DNA of 64,000 nucleotides from positions 16,865 to 80,864 of the IMG/VR virus record IMGVR_UViG_3300034954_001540; one strand, written 5' to 3'. This document shows, piece by piece, positions 12,001-18,479 of this stretch. The translations under genes were made by a program, and so were the position numbers. Position 1 is the stretch's first letter. The number at the start of each line of letters is the position of its first letter. The stretch comes from a virus. A model generated the notes under the pieces. The model worked only from the letters and a program-made list of their open reading frames with translations, searched no databases and was not told the origin of the DNA.

Positions 12001-13444
12001 GGCAGCGATTGAGCAATCTGGTATTACTGCAACTATCTGGGTTGAAAATGCTCAGGGTGCATTTGTTGATAACATGTCTGTCATCTCTGACTATGGTTGG
12101 GGTGGTGCAGTTGCTAAGGCACGCACGCTTGAGGGTCGTGTTGATCGTTACTTCCGTGGTTTCGACGGTGATCAGACACAGTTTGATCTCACGATCAGTA
12201 ATGGTGAAGCATACTTCCCAGATCCTGCTGGTCACATGCTCATCTTCGTCAACGGTATCCTACAACCACCTGGCGGTAACAATTCCTACGTCGCATTCTC
12301 TGACAAGATTAACTTCTCCGAGGCACCTGAAATTGGATCCGAATTCGTTGGTTACTATGTTGGTAAACTCCGTCAGATGGATGACATCAGCTTCGAGTTT
12401 GACTCCTTGCGCTCGTCCTTCAACCTCAGACGTGAAGGTCTCTTCTACTCACTGACTCTGACTGAGGGTGTTTCTTCTAACGTGATCCGCCCAGAAAACA
12501 ACATCATTGTTTCACTCAACGGTATCATTCAGGAACCTGGCGTCGCATACGAGATCGTCGGATCTAGAATCATCTTCGCTGAAGTGCCTCGCGCAGGATC
12601 AACCTTCGTTGGATTCTCCTACATTGGATCTGACACAGACGTGATCGCTGCAACCGTTGTGCCTCCTGTGGAAGCAGGTGACAAACTTGAGATTGACGGT
12701 GAGGAATTTGCTCGTGACGTTGCTCTGATCGAATCTTCCAACTCCTTGATTACCTTTGAATACACAGGATCTGTTAAGGGTCGTAACGCTGCTGCACTGG
12801 CAACTATCCGCTCTGGTCAGTTAACAAGTGCGATTCTCACCAATCCTGGTGATGGTTACACCTCACGTCCTAACGTGGATGTGATCTCCTCCTCTGGTTT
12901 CGACGGTCGCATTAAGGCACTCATGGGTGTTACACGCATTGACGTGAAGACTCCTGGCACTTCTTATCTAAATCCAATCGTCCAGATCGACAACGTTGTC
13001 CCTGATGACTTTGTTAATCCTTCAGGCACGCCCGTGAATGGTGGTAGAGACATCTACGACGCCTCTGAATCTGGTGGTGAGGGTGGTGTCACTATCGATC
13101 CTGGCACGATTGCAATCACTCAGGATCCTGTCAACGTTACTGTTAACCAAGGTCAGACTGCATCCTTTACGGTTGCTGCTACTGTCACCAACGGTCAGCA
13201 ACTTAACTACCAGTGGCAGAAGAAGGAGTATGGCACAACTACTTGGAGCAATATCATTGGCGCTAACCAAGCAACCTACAATACCAGCAATGCCGCTCAG
13301 GCAGACGATGGTGATGAATACAGAGTTGCAATTACTGCTGCAGGTGCTACACCTGTCTACTCACTGTCTGCTATCCTCACGGTCCAGACTGGTGCTACGG
13401 TAATTTCTAACTTCAGTCCAGTACAAATCTTCGACGACATCTAA
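2..13444 (+). CDS. Giant virion/baseplate structural protein (cyanomyovirus gp7-like wedge/fibre protein), 5'-truncated by the window edge; contains helical C-x-R-D...GGN repeats, beta repeats, a LamG/ConA-like domain and a C-terminal Ig-like domain
   Basis: Frame is open from base 2, so the TTG at 59 is unlikely to be the real start. Repeated GxGY..P.V and NG..Q.PG..Y...I.F.E.P modules typical of cyanomyovirus baseplate proteins; LamG-like DFTIQGW...WHHVAVVR...LYVDG motif; lies upstream of gp8. Confidence 0.8.
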   Translation, partial: PGSNFIPNDVVSVNTNNITLAEDEKSVEISGFASVKKIRVTARLEKDIIMTGSVRTDKVYFTSNTPHFYKANDILFTEGFQGNQFNGSFFVDDVIGSREFTLGIRAAAVSDPAFVNNGIQNVNVYAKHPTLLFTRNHQYNFDVGDPSNFGYYLSFSQDNQYKLEYSFNNTVRDGTPGIAGAGAGNPFVKFLVLGDVTNISYYFDPSRTGANSPVGDNSYIDVITTPYQGRFRISEIVSDTEFKFPLNREPERNNAEIGANDQGQEYSFYSTTSTRAVGPINSIKLVSPGGFYKKLPIISDIASFRQIEKVVINDGGTEYAPGVYYDVPVAGDGEGGKVTVTVTPDEETGSGAISLVQVADPGKGYTVASVDIDAIPGILGPTLSGSGGSVTVVIPSEGSGASVFLTGKNIGKIKRLKNNEFGFGYSHDYTLKPEITFPVNLQLFNTSILSEIKIIDPGAGYTSTPAVVIEGGGGEGADAVAVIKNNRLSEIIIKNPGAGYSSEPTVTLKSEFNYVVNLDLNYLQFNFPHGITTGAEIQFRAENVGSTEGILPKPSSAGLTSLVEGQIYYAIAGQQNSLESDQIRFALTLQAAQAGDYITFLTQGSGRQVLLTEVFGGRAEAVVETSRFLEGEEVYQGSAVELASATGKVSTNTGWQIGPKILKIVDYDGDWQVGEKVTGSISKASGVIDNLSIARGVLNIGSLTRTPGKFIDNVGKPSEIVQKIQDSFFYQNFSYVIKSEIPITEWKTQILENNHPAGFNMFGQLQLVGGKDVSGRKVGTEFTKEVNINNYSNVNQITSFGAAQPIYTDYNNTEVLFRKKRLTSSEEILTSIVKKLDDIAPQFNGIDKSFPITVEGEQVIVQQNQLMITINGVIQAPGVSYSIVGGNIVFAEPPKPASRVNYRSIDITPTPIYRIELYSGQAGPPNFGIFPTLGQQIQGADSDVVATVIDSGTTHIDVINLVGGTFNLNEEITRGTLFSALVQSVTQLNSDTIFQFGESITNLEGDTAIIEETNIDDAGNVTDRIVVSKTSGTAQFETGIFDLRLNEYVYSASSKIAGQITFISPYIDPATSDAVDELIINPGSTFYGLLFERLVSITNPNVILDNISQSSITPTELYDSASRINADFLDFEEVRNTEVQYTQLSGGNFQEGDIVINNRANYGNPVSVFHGVAANRFKDASAMILGNKQQIIDFAEAEIAVRHPRFYFPGDVITNSWSRYSDAYRLIQRNKEYIANKAYDEMMTQYTSLTVPDPSKCIRDLELYIDAISIDIFRGGNVYTRKLCQKYFDTNGNFVYVNNESAETRYGFEKAKDLMKLAITNNLTSNFTAPSGQPNGGVTFIPWSEIDHGGYDGNGITADPSPNDPYGTNGANQSNNGTDNCTDVQAAITTLYEVVDETLLNGTLADLPDESLGTYSPGQIKCRRDIGLMIDALAEDVSQGGNYNIIEFTKKYFDAAGAPITNGLIGEYAESLTAIDKAMHLSFQAINNLLYYQVNSRTSVTGFMLKDPTTYQGPYSGGEADLEEFDVSAAVYTPSNGQLVLTIGNHTLTTSDTIKVRPHSLKFTCDADGDRTFHDYPRAGDPAFNTAVAITATTGTTITVNIGASPLVQYTPTAATYNPATGDMELTIGSHSLEINDYVTIANDSLTFTCDMDSNGSNHTYPRSTDPASGKRLFIHAVTPTTITVNVAASPADQQYAHTFVSASANAVSSGGGYTHQFISALPNAVFTGGGTTAKYYDPNYYSGRNESIQNCADVQAYIATLVDISTTAIAAQNLNNINALASITDGTFVAGENIRTTKIAYKDSQGGLFIVGDNISGVTSGATFEAIGSNSGLKWIFADQVTGSFQEGEYITNSTLANQNNVTQSVIEKYYRLSGSKSVRFPSNGYLVTRDSYDFSFGNTADFTIQGWFRADNLSTTQHLFDFRRLSASSGLRITLQTSGAITVYNGTSQLLTGGTLLANNWHHVAVVRTSSVLQLYVDGTQVGGNYADTNDYGYAAIYIGADFNGGNQFTGYMDNVVVKNGQSDFNATFVPPTQIDYSNQYVKFGLDGEQPFVMDNQETYATYTGQRISSAAVKELNYDLNFAIIENVDLGRSAHRNCADIIDLNAAWIAEEAVGRMEAAFPDFVIPGNNVAEGTYQGTNKCIRDTKDYIIGALVKDLRDGGNYNSLYTARTYLEASGKLKHVGNEILQTLYAWDQAFVLSKYVITTTDTNLTGTYTQRLRIPNNFASPASQAIQDEFDLLGREVLEVLAPNPDIFRDTGVLIWKNRNYIAEEVAGYILDKYEINLNGTETQFLVMPGYGQPYCERDVKDFILPAVIADLCTGGTYQTEAVIDQYLDSQNNILHVEHELNPMLDAFDHAKMLAQKAGNNLLLSPGEVSADLGAPGWAQDDYHTPLYTSRGAYRDDTITIDDEGYPQDNVSNWNRFKDATNALKANIDLIAHEAVETMNDMSKYAQFKIKGGPVNCTDDVKDILNAMVHDLNYNCNERTWDAASLYVETENNSLKHIEDDWEATISVMKLVRDIATVTIRNGFGRDYIPGNDPNNVDPSTYEANPREQIFADCADAIDSNIRWIAEQAVKAGTTQYPSLQINGGASAMWWKEFTPTNATYVATSGVLTLTIPDHGLNVGEHISIAANGLTFTCSQDNYGSNHPYPRNTDPVYEKRIVITSTTQDTISVDVGVSPAGQQYTHQFVSAVSGAIRYGWSDGGEPFTPTAITYTASTGDMVMTIPNHSFNVGNRLSISEDSLTFTCSQDAYGSEHSYPRKSDPAYGTTRAVTAVGTSSQNVTGATYDPVSGLMTITTSGNHGLVTGNRIKLATDSLTFTCTMDGNGSNHAYPRSTDPAANKWLFVTRVDDDTFSCYVGVAANSNQYAHTFVSASAGAVIKQDGQVTVNVGASPAGQQYTHQFVSARPDAIISAGSIDCVHDVTDILRALVFNLKYGGDNWINWVSEFYTTYSGSLAHVTSLATEVNWILEETKRLVKRAMRGQIINNVANYGGSLETNGGQTFTNATPKPTTVLRNSTPDGGITLGGDYSNTVTRTFTNGTSNIASGSASATGITNDEDLVGSCVTVLPAGTPSDGCLWELGGNGAGSWLGIRDSGTYLRLRAGNGANSYSGGASTSTDAGLALLDVQVSSLSAYFDGGQHEITWEIKIGGTVAAGNGRVKLWIDGNEIGDASTPGLNVGLYEAGGLLAGGSQGGFGRASSDNSVPQGEPTAAWAYATGDMSYYRSRLVDPNYTGQESDSVATEIDDLMALVTDAISNPGNVANRVSILPYIWPIKYTPEIAVRDTTLTFDSAAAEWNQTCAEVASGIDTLMDIYIDTIENAANNNTNQLSSISRTTRASQYTNTVYQAGTCEGPQSAIDTLFDLMSDTLGAGFNTDKVIANMILFNKDAIAQRAYDETLAYYGTTNMTVDFTANIVKAIRYDMITSGNAGGFRLVQDWFDGEGNFIAFQDVSRTHLIYATTRVREYVKSVLYQLTEDPGWNTYNTYQLGLNGRLDYNREASEFIIDSSINPVEYALETSKFPTEGSVTWVPSSDVENISTKYELGYDYNTDPALVTLTPIVPVGFDRAEYRVRINRTNSFRRGDILQYIPASETSVKAFAGQTYWYVMTATAQWFEIGAHYMHDGRFRKLEVDTSNSGQQIFSVVRRSGISRNAPKYPADPSQTPIQGGFNPADVIYGTTSESSSEIGSVSLNQAEINRLYTRYELDNVSQNLGVYENFINGEQVTVQANPAVSGTILQTGKTNLDGENFVNLITVAGVINVGDVLVGADSGTTAEVASFDSRMLINVERGSFAQGDWLFDKDSATEAYANTYLNKSGSLTGNDGGRITIDVETIGDAWEAGDVIYGSVTDYILEVKGLSGTQIQLNQYIHGTNVYQLELGPPIIDTGISDTFRVGDEVVLLQGTTRKDPGFSATVTEYINGLDITDSNDPNYQIHRLFIGNLRDIGTGEPISAVTQPANNIGKLDLGSNFPSIYANVTSYTDTGYTSYGRVAAIEQSGITATIWVENAQGAFVDNMSVISDYGWGGAVAKARTLEGRVDRYFRGFDGDQTQFDLTISNGEAYFPDPAGHMLIFVNGILQPPGGNNSYVAFSDKINFSEAPEIGSEFVGYYVGKLRQMDDISFEFDSLRSSFNLRREGLFYSLTLTEGVSSNVIRPENNIIVSLNGIIQEPGVAYEIVGSRIIFAEVPRAGSTFVGFSYIGSDTDVIAATVVPPVEAGDKLEIDGEEFARDVALIESSNSLITFEYTGSVKGRNAAALATIRSGQLTSAILTNPGDGYTSRPNVDVISSSGFDGRIKALMGVTRIDVKTPGTSYLNPIVQIDNVVPDDFVNPSGTPVNGGRDIYDASESGGEGGVTIDPGTIAITQDPVNVTVNQGQTASFTVAATVTNGQQLNYQWQKKEYGTTTWSNIIGANQATYNTSNAAQADDGDEYRVAITAAGATPVYSLSAILTVQTGATVISNFSPVQIFDDI

Positions 13445-13447
13445 ATA
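13441..13447 (+). promoter_or_regulatory. T4-like late promoter (CTAAATA) overlapping the upstream stop codon
   Basis: Matches the core of the gp55 consensus TATAAATA, 11 nt before the ATG at 13459. Confidence 0.65.
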
Positions 13448-13458
13448 AAAGTAAAACC

Positions 13459-15051
13459 ATGGGAGCAACGGCAAGTTTTAACGATGCCACTGACATTCTT
13501 ACGGTAGCGGCGGACGGTCTCCCCGCTCCTGTAAGTTTTGGCACGTTTCCTAATGAAAACAACCCTAACACGGTAGCAGAGCAGGACTTTGATCATGCTT
13601 TCACTTACCGTGGTGGATCCTTTGGTATTAGTCGTACTTTCGATTCTGCTACTTGGAATCAAGATGGATTCATTAGATCCATCACTATATCTTTGAATGA
13701 CAATTCTTTGTTTGGAGATGAGATTCAGGTAGGTGACAGACTAATGTTTACCTTTAGTGATGGCATTAAAAGAGTATTCCTTTATAAGGGCACTACTTTT
13801 ACATCTATTGAAGATGAATGTTGGTTGGCAACATCGGATAGACTTGACTTGATTATGAGAGACCAAGAGTCTCTTACAACAGGCACTTATGAGTACTATG
13901 ATCAACGGAATGGCAGAGGTGCAACTCCTCTGGGCACTATTGGCATTGCCGCTAACGGCGTTGCTTTGTTTAACCCTTCTGCGGGTAATGGTGGTAACCC
14001 GCCAGTAGGATTCAGTTGGAATGCCCACTACCCACAATCCCCCGTGGACTTTGGTGATGATGATTGTGGTGGGCATCCTGAGCAGAATGGACAGTATCAC
14101 TATCATGACACGCACTTTCTAGATTGTTGGCGTGCTGGATCAGCGATGGCAGGATACAATGATTATTATGGAAGCACACAATATAATGGTGACAACCTGA
14201 GACATCCTGACGGTCATTCTAAGATCGTTGGTATTGCGTTTGATGGATTCCCCATCTATGGACCTTATGCTTACGATTCACCTTGGGATAATCTGAGTGG
14301 TCCTAGAATTATGTCATCTTCCTATGCAACTAAATCAGTTGAGGCAGATGGGAGACCTGACTATGGTAATACTATCCAAAACCCTCCCGCAGGGGCACTG
14401 GTCGAAGACTGGGAGTATGTAGAGGCAACTGGTGACCTTGACTACCATAATGGTAGATTTTGTATCACACCAGAATTTCAGAATGGCACATATGCATATT
14501 TCTTATCTGTAGATCCAGAAGATCTTGATGCTCCTGAGTTTCCATACATGATTGGAAAGTCTACTAGAGAGACTATCAATACAAACTTTACATTACAACC
14601 ACCAACAACTCCTGGCGGTGGTGGCGGTGGTGGAGGGACACCACCTCCTGCTGCAACTCTGGTGTTTACACAACAACCTCAGAATGCAACAACAAATCCT
14701 GGCGAGACAGCAACGTTTACTGTGCAGGCAGAGATTACTCCAGAAAACGGACCTATTGCATATCAGTGGTATCGATCCACAGATGGTGGTTTCGCATTTG
14801 CTGCTATCACAGGCGCGACCACAAACTCTTACACTCTCAGCACCCTAGGATACATGACGGGATACAGATTCCGTTGCCGTATCATTGGACCTTTGGGAGT
14901 CCCAACCCAAGCGGAAAACTCACCTCTTGACTCCAATGCAGCAGTATTAACTGTCACTGGATCTGGTGGTGGTAGCGGATCTACCGCTAATAGATTCGAC
15001 AGCACGCAGAGCACACTGGACTCTACGGCGCAAACCTTCGATGGCACCTAA
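13459..15051 (+). CDS. YHYH-domain virion protein with C-terminal Ig-like domain
   Basis: GIAANGVALFNP, GGHPEQNGQYHYH, AFDGFPIYGP and DLDYHNGRF...YAYF motifs; Ig-like FTQQPQN...FTV...YQWY; C-terminal FDST-type repeat. Confidence 0.85.
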   Translation: MGATASFNDATDILTVAADGLPAPVSFGTFPNENNPNTVAEQDFDHAFTYRGGSFGISRTFDSATWNQDGFIRSITISLNDNSLFGDEIQVGDRLMFTFSDGIKRVFLYKGTTFTSIEDECWLATSDRLDLIMRDQESLTTGTYEYYDQRNGRGATPLGTIGIAANGVALFNPSAGNGGNPPVGFSWNAHYPQSPVDFGDDDCGGHPEQNGQYHYHDTHFLDCWRAGSAMAGYNDYYGSTQYNGDNLRHPDGHSKIVGIAFDGFPIYGPYAYDSPWDNLSGPRIMSSSYATKSVEADGRPDYGNTIQNPPAGALVEDWEYVEATGDLDYHNGRFCITPEFQNGTYAYFLSVDPEDLDAPEFPYMIGKSTRETINTNFTLQPPTTPGGGGGGGGTPPPAATLVFTQQPQNATTNPGETATFTVQAEITPENGPIAYQWYRSTDGGFAFAAITGATTNSYTLSTLGYMTGYRFRCRIIGPLGVPTQAENSPLDSNAAVLTVTGSGGGSGSTANRFDSTQSTLDSTAQTFDGT

Positions 15052-15054
15052 ATA
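15048..15054 (+). promoter_or_regulatory. T4-like late promoter (CTAAATA) overlapping the upstream stop codon
   Basis: Late core 22 nt before the ATG at 15077. Confidence 0.6.
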
Positions 15055-15076
15055 ACACTGTAGAAATCTACCAACC

Positions 15077-16561
15077 ATGGCAAAGCAGAATCTTAGTATT
15101 GGAGCGTCAGCAAACGACGGGACAGGTGATAGTCTCAGAGATGGTGCTATCAAGCTGAATAGCGTTATTGACGAGATCTATACCGCTCTTGGTAATGACA
15201 CCAACTTGTTGGTGAATGTCGGCACTCCTGCCTCAGGGCAAGTGTTGAAATGGAATGGATCTCAATTTGCTGAGGGACATTTTGATGCACTGAGTGCAGA
15301 CCTCAACGTCAAGACACATAAAATTGTGTCTGAAAGTAATGGAGATATTAACATCCAACCTGATGGTAGTGGTGATATTAAATTCTGGCGTGGTGGTGCT
15401 GGTAGCGCACTGGCATATGTTGACGGTGCTGATGGATACTTTAAGTGGTCTGCTCCATATGCAACCTTGGCAGATCTACCTGATGTAGCAACACACCATG
15501 GTATGTTTGCTCATGTCCACGCTGAGGGACATGGTTACATGGCACATGGATCTTGGATTCAGTTGATTGATTCCACATCATCCATTGGTGAGTTGACTGA
15601 CGTTGACATGACAGTCGGCGGTGGTCCTTCTGATGGTCAGGTCCTTAAATGGTCTGCTGCTAATAGCCACTGGTATCCAGACAATGATGAAACTGGATCT
15701 GGCGGTGGTGGTGGCACTACACAGAATTTATTTGAAGGTATCAATGCTGATTCGGGGTCTACTACTGCGAGTGCTCCTACTGATGTGCTTACTGTTGCTG
15801 GTGGCACTAACATCTCCACATCTATTGCTGGAGATACCCTAACAATCAACATGACGGGGACGTTGGGCGATGAAGATCAAAACCTCTTCTCTGTTATCGG
15901 CTCTGACTCAGGGTCGAAGACGGCTAATTCTACTACTACTGCTATTAACTTTATCGGTGGCACTGGGATCACCACTGCTATTTCTGGTGATAATCTGACG
16001 ATCACAAATAGCTCACCCAACGCGGACCAGTTTATTATTCAAGGTGTTAATGGTGACAGTGGATCTTATACCTCTGCTGATGTTGAAGGGGTAATCACGG
16101 TCGCTGGTGGTAATGGTATTACTACATCCGTTTCTGGTAGCACAGTTTCTATTGTTGCTGATCTGTATCTTACCAGTGGCACAACCCTGTCGGAAAATCA
16201 GAATTTCATTACTAATGCGTCTGGTGAGGTTGAAGCAGTTGCAACTCCTGCTGTTGGTTTTGAGATTTCTGGAAGCACAAGTACTGGTTATAACTTCAGC
16301 AATAATGGTTGGAATGGTAGTGGTAACCCAACAATCTATGTCTATCGTGGATTCACTTATAGGTTTAATAACACCACTGGATCTGGTCACCCATTTGCTC
16401 TGAGACAAACAAATGGTGGATCTGCTGTAACTGCTGGTGTGAGTGGATCTCAAACTGGTGTCCAATATTGGACCGTGCCCATGTCTCTTGCAGCGGGCAC
16501 AACATATGTCTATCAATGCACCATCCATGGTGGGATGGTCGGTAATCTCGTAGTTGTCTAA
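15077..16561 (+). CDS. Baseplate/fibre protein with gp9/gp10-like N-terminus and C-terminal cupredoxin-like domain
   Basis: N-terminal MAKQ.L.IG..ANDGTGDSLRDG..K.N motif as in T4 gp9/gp10 families; repeated LTVAGG.GITT spacers; C-terminal HPF...YQCTIHGGM. Confidence 0.7.
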   Translation: MAKQNLSIGASANDGTGDSLRDGAIKLNSVIDEIYTALGNDTNLLVNVGTPASGQVLKWNGSQFAEGHFDALSADLNVKTHKIVSESNGDINIQPDGSGDIKFWRGGAGSALAYVDGADGYFKWSAPYATLADLPDVATHHGMFAHVHAEGHGYMAHGSWIQLIDSTSSIGELTDVDMTVGGGPSDGQVLKWSAANSHWYPDNDETGSGGGGGTTQNLFEGINADSGSTTASAPTDVLTVAGGTNISTSIAGDTLTINMTGTLGDEDQNLFSVIGSDSGSKTANSTTTAINFIGGTGITTAISGDNLTITNSSPNADQFIIQGVNGDSGSYTSADVEGVITVAGGNGITTSVSGSTVSIVADLYLTSGTTLSENQNFITNASGEVEAVATPAVGFEISGSTSTGYNFSNNGWNGSGNPTIYVYRGFTYRFNNTTGSGHPFALRQTNGGSAVTAGVSGSQTGVQYWTVPMSLAAGTTYVYQCTIHGGMVGNLVVV

Positions 16562-18444
16562 TGCCAAGAACAGTTCCTGGATCTGGTGCCGCTATCTTCC
16601 CCGTATTCAATAGTATATTCGGGGTAAGAGAGGTTTACGTTACTGCTGGAGGTAGCGGGTATGACCCTGCTGATCCTCCTAGACTTCGTATTGAAAATTG
16701 TGGCACACCAATTAGGGATGCTGTGCTTAGACCAGTTATTGAAGGTGATGCTGGAGAGATCACTGCTGTTGAAGTGCTTGATCCAGGCGAGGGATATGAT
16801 CCCATGCGTTTGGAAATTGAAGATGATGGTGCAACTGTCCCTGCAGAAGGTAAGATTTTCCTGAAGCCAGACGGTGGTATTGACTTCATCCAGATGACTC
16901 AGTTTGGTGATGAATATTTTAATGCTACTGCACAAGTTAGAGGTGGTGGTGGATCTGGATCTGAATTGGTGCCTATCACAGGTCTGGTTACAGGTCTTGC
17001 TATTGAAGAGTTTGGTAGAAACTATACAGAAGAAGACGTTAATATCATCATCTCAGGTGGTGGTGGATCTGGTGCAACTGGTGTTGCTGGCGTCAACCCA
17101 TTCGGTAAAGTTACTGCAATCACACTTACCAATGCTGGTGAATTCTTTGAAGACCCACCTCTGATTCAAATTATTGGTGGTGGTGGATCTGGTGCTAGTG
17201 CTCAGGCATATATTGATCTTGGTGCTATCACAACCATTGACCTGCTAACAGGTGGTGATGGTTATGTTAACGCTCCTCAGGTTATCTTTACTAGAGATAC
17301 AAACCTGATTAAGACTGCACGAAACAGACAGTCTCTAAACTCTGTTGTTTACAATTTGTCAGGTATTCTTACCGACGTAACCACTGGTGCTCAGACAATC
17401 TATACTGAGTCAACTGCACCTTATCCAGGATCTGGTAAGGTTTTGCTAGGTAGAGAGATTGTCAGATATACAGGTAAAACTGCAAACTCTTTCACTGGAT
17501 GTGATAGAGGCACAAACTTCCGTTTTGATCAGAAGGTCATTCTCGACACATTGCAGAATGATCCTATCACCAATGAAACACTTTATTCTTTTCAGGTTAC
17601 TGACAAAGTAAGACGTGTAGTTGAATCTGCAACTAACAGAGTCGCTATCGTTTATGACTGGGATCCTGTTGAGAGAGCACTTTATCTGACCTTTGAGGTT
17701 GATGAATTGGCATTTATTGATGCTGGTAGATCAAACGAGAAGTCTAAAATTATTGCATTCTTTGCAGGTACATCTGCATCTTCAGGCACTGGTGTTGCAC
17801 CACATACTTTGGTTGAAGTAGAAGGTGAAGATATTGTTGCATTTACTAACCCTTTGTCAATCATTCAAAACAGAAAGTTTGAGGATGATGACGAAGAGTT
17901 TACAGATGCTAATGGTGTGCAACAGTTTGGAGATGGTATTCCCGATCTTCTCAATACTGGCACGGACTATGAAAACCAGATCAATCTAGATGGGGGCATC
18001 GCCTCGTCTAAATATGGTATTGAGGAAGAATTAGGTGGCACCAACACTACGCTCTTCCAAGTGGGTGATCAGATCTATGATGGTAGTCCTAACCAGTTGG
18101 TTGCTACTGTCCAATCTGCAGGTGCTCTGGGTGATGGAGATGCTCACATCTCTACTGCAACTATTACTATTGAATATATTACTGCATCTCTGTTTAATGT
18201 TCCTGGTGCTGGTGGCGAAGAGACAGTCACTGGTCAAACCTCGGGTATTGCAGCAACAACTACAAATAGAAGACTTGGACCTAAGGCAGGTCAATTCTAT
18301 CTAGACGTTAAGTCACTGGTTGCTAATGACCCAACTTATAAGTTTACTCCTGGTGAGCAACTTAACGGAAACTCCTCTGGCGCTCAAGCAAGAGTGCTTG
18401 CTGTCGAGTATAACAACTTCCTCAGAAATGAGGGCGAGTATTAA
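16561..18444 (+). CDS. Baseplate-associated structural protein (Gly-rich GGGGSGA repeats)
   Basis: Repeated GxGY...P.I.I.GGGGSGA modules; overlaps the upstream stop by 1 nt; precedes gp8. Confidence 0.65.
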   Translation: MPRTVPGSGAAIFPVFNSIFGVREVYVTAGGSGYDPADPPRLRIENCGTPIRDAVLRPVIEGDAGEITAVEVLDPGEGYDPMRLEIEDDGATVPAEGKIFLKPDGGIDFIQMTQFGDEYFNATAQVRGGGGSGSELVPITGLVTGLAIEEFGRNYTEEDVNIIISGGGGSGATGVAGVNPFGKVTAITLTNAGEFFEDPPLIQIIGGGGSGASAQAYIDLGAITTIDLLTGGDGYVNAPQVIFTRDTNLIKTARNRQSLNSVVYNLSGILTDVTTGAQTIYTESTAPYPGSGKVLLGREIVRYTGKTANSFTGCDRGTNFRFDQKVILDTLQNDPITNETLYSFQVTDKVRRVVESATNRVAIVYDWDPVERALYLTFEVDELAFIDAGRSNEKSKIIAFFAGTSASSGTGVAPHTLVEVEGEDIVAFTNPLSIIQNRKFEDDDEEFTDANGVQQFGDGIPDLLNTGTDYENQINLDGGIASSKYGIEEELGGTNTTLFQVGDQIYDGSPNQLVATVQSAGALGDGDAHISTATITIEYITASLFNVPGAGGEETVTGQTSGIAATTTNRRLGPKAGQFYLDVKSLVANDPTYKFTPGEQLNGNSSGAQARVLAVEYNNFLRNEGEY

Positions 18445-18447
18445 CCC

Positions 18448-18455
18448 CATAAATA
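18448..18455 (+). promoter_or_regulatory. T4-like late promoter (CATAAATA)
   Basis: Intergenic, upstream of g8. Confidence 0.7.
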
Positions 18456-18479
18456 AATCTATAGGATAATTGGTAACAA

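Noticed and set aside
11424-12455. 343-aa alternative-frame ORF inside the giant gene
   Set aside because: Leu/Ser/Thr-rich shadow of the biased codon usage in the main frame; no RBS or recognisable motif.
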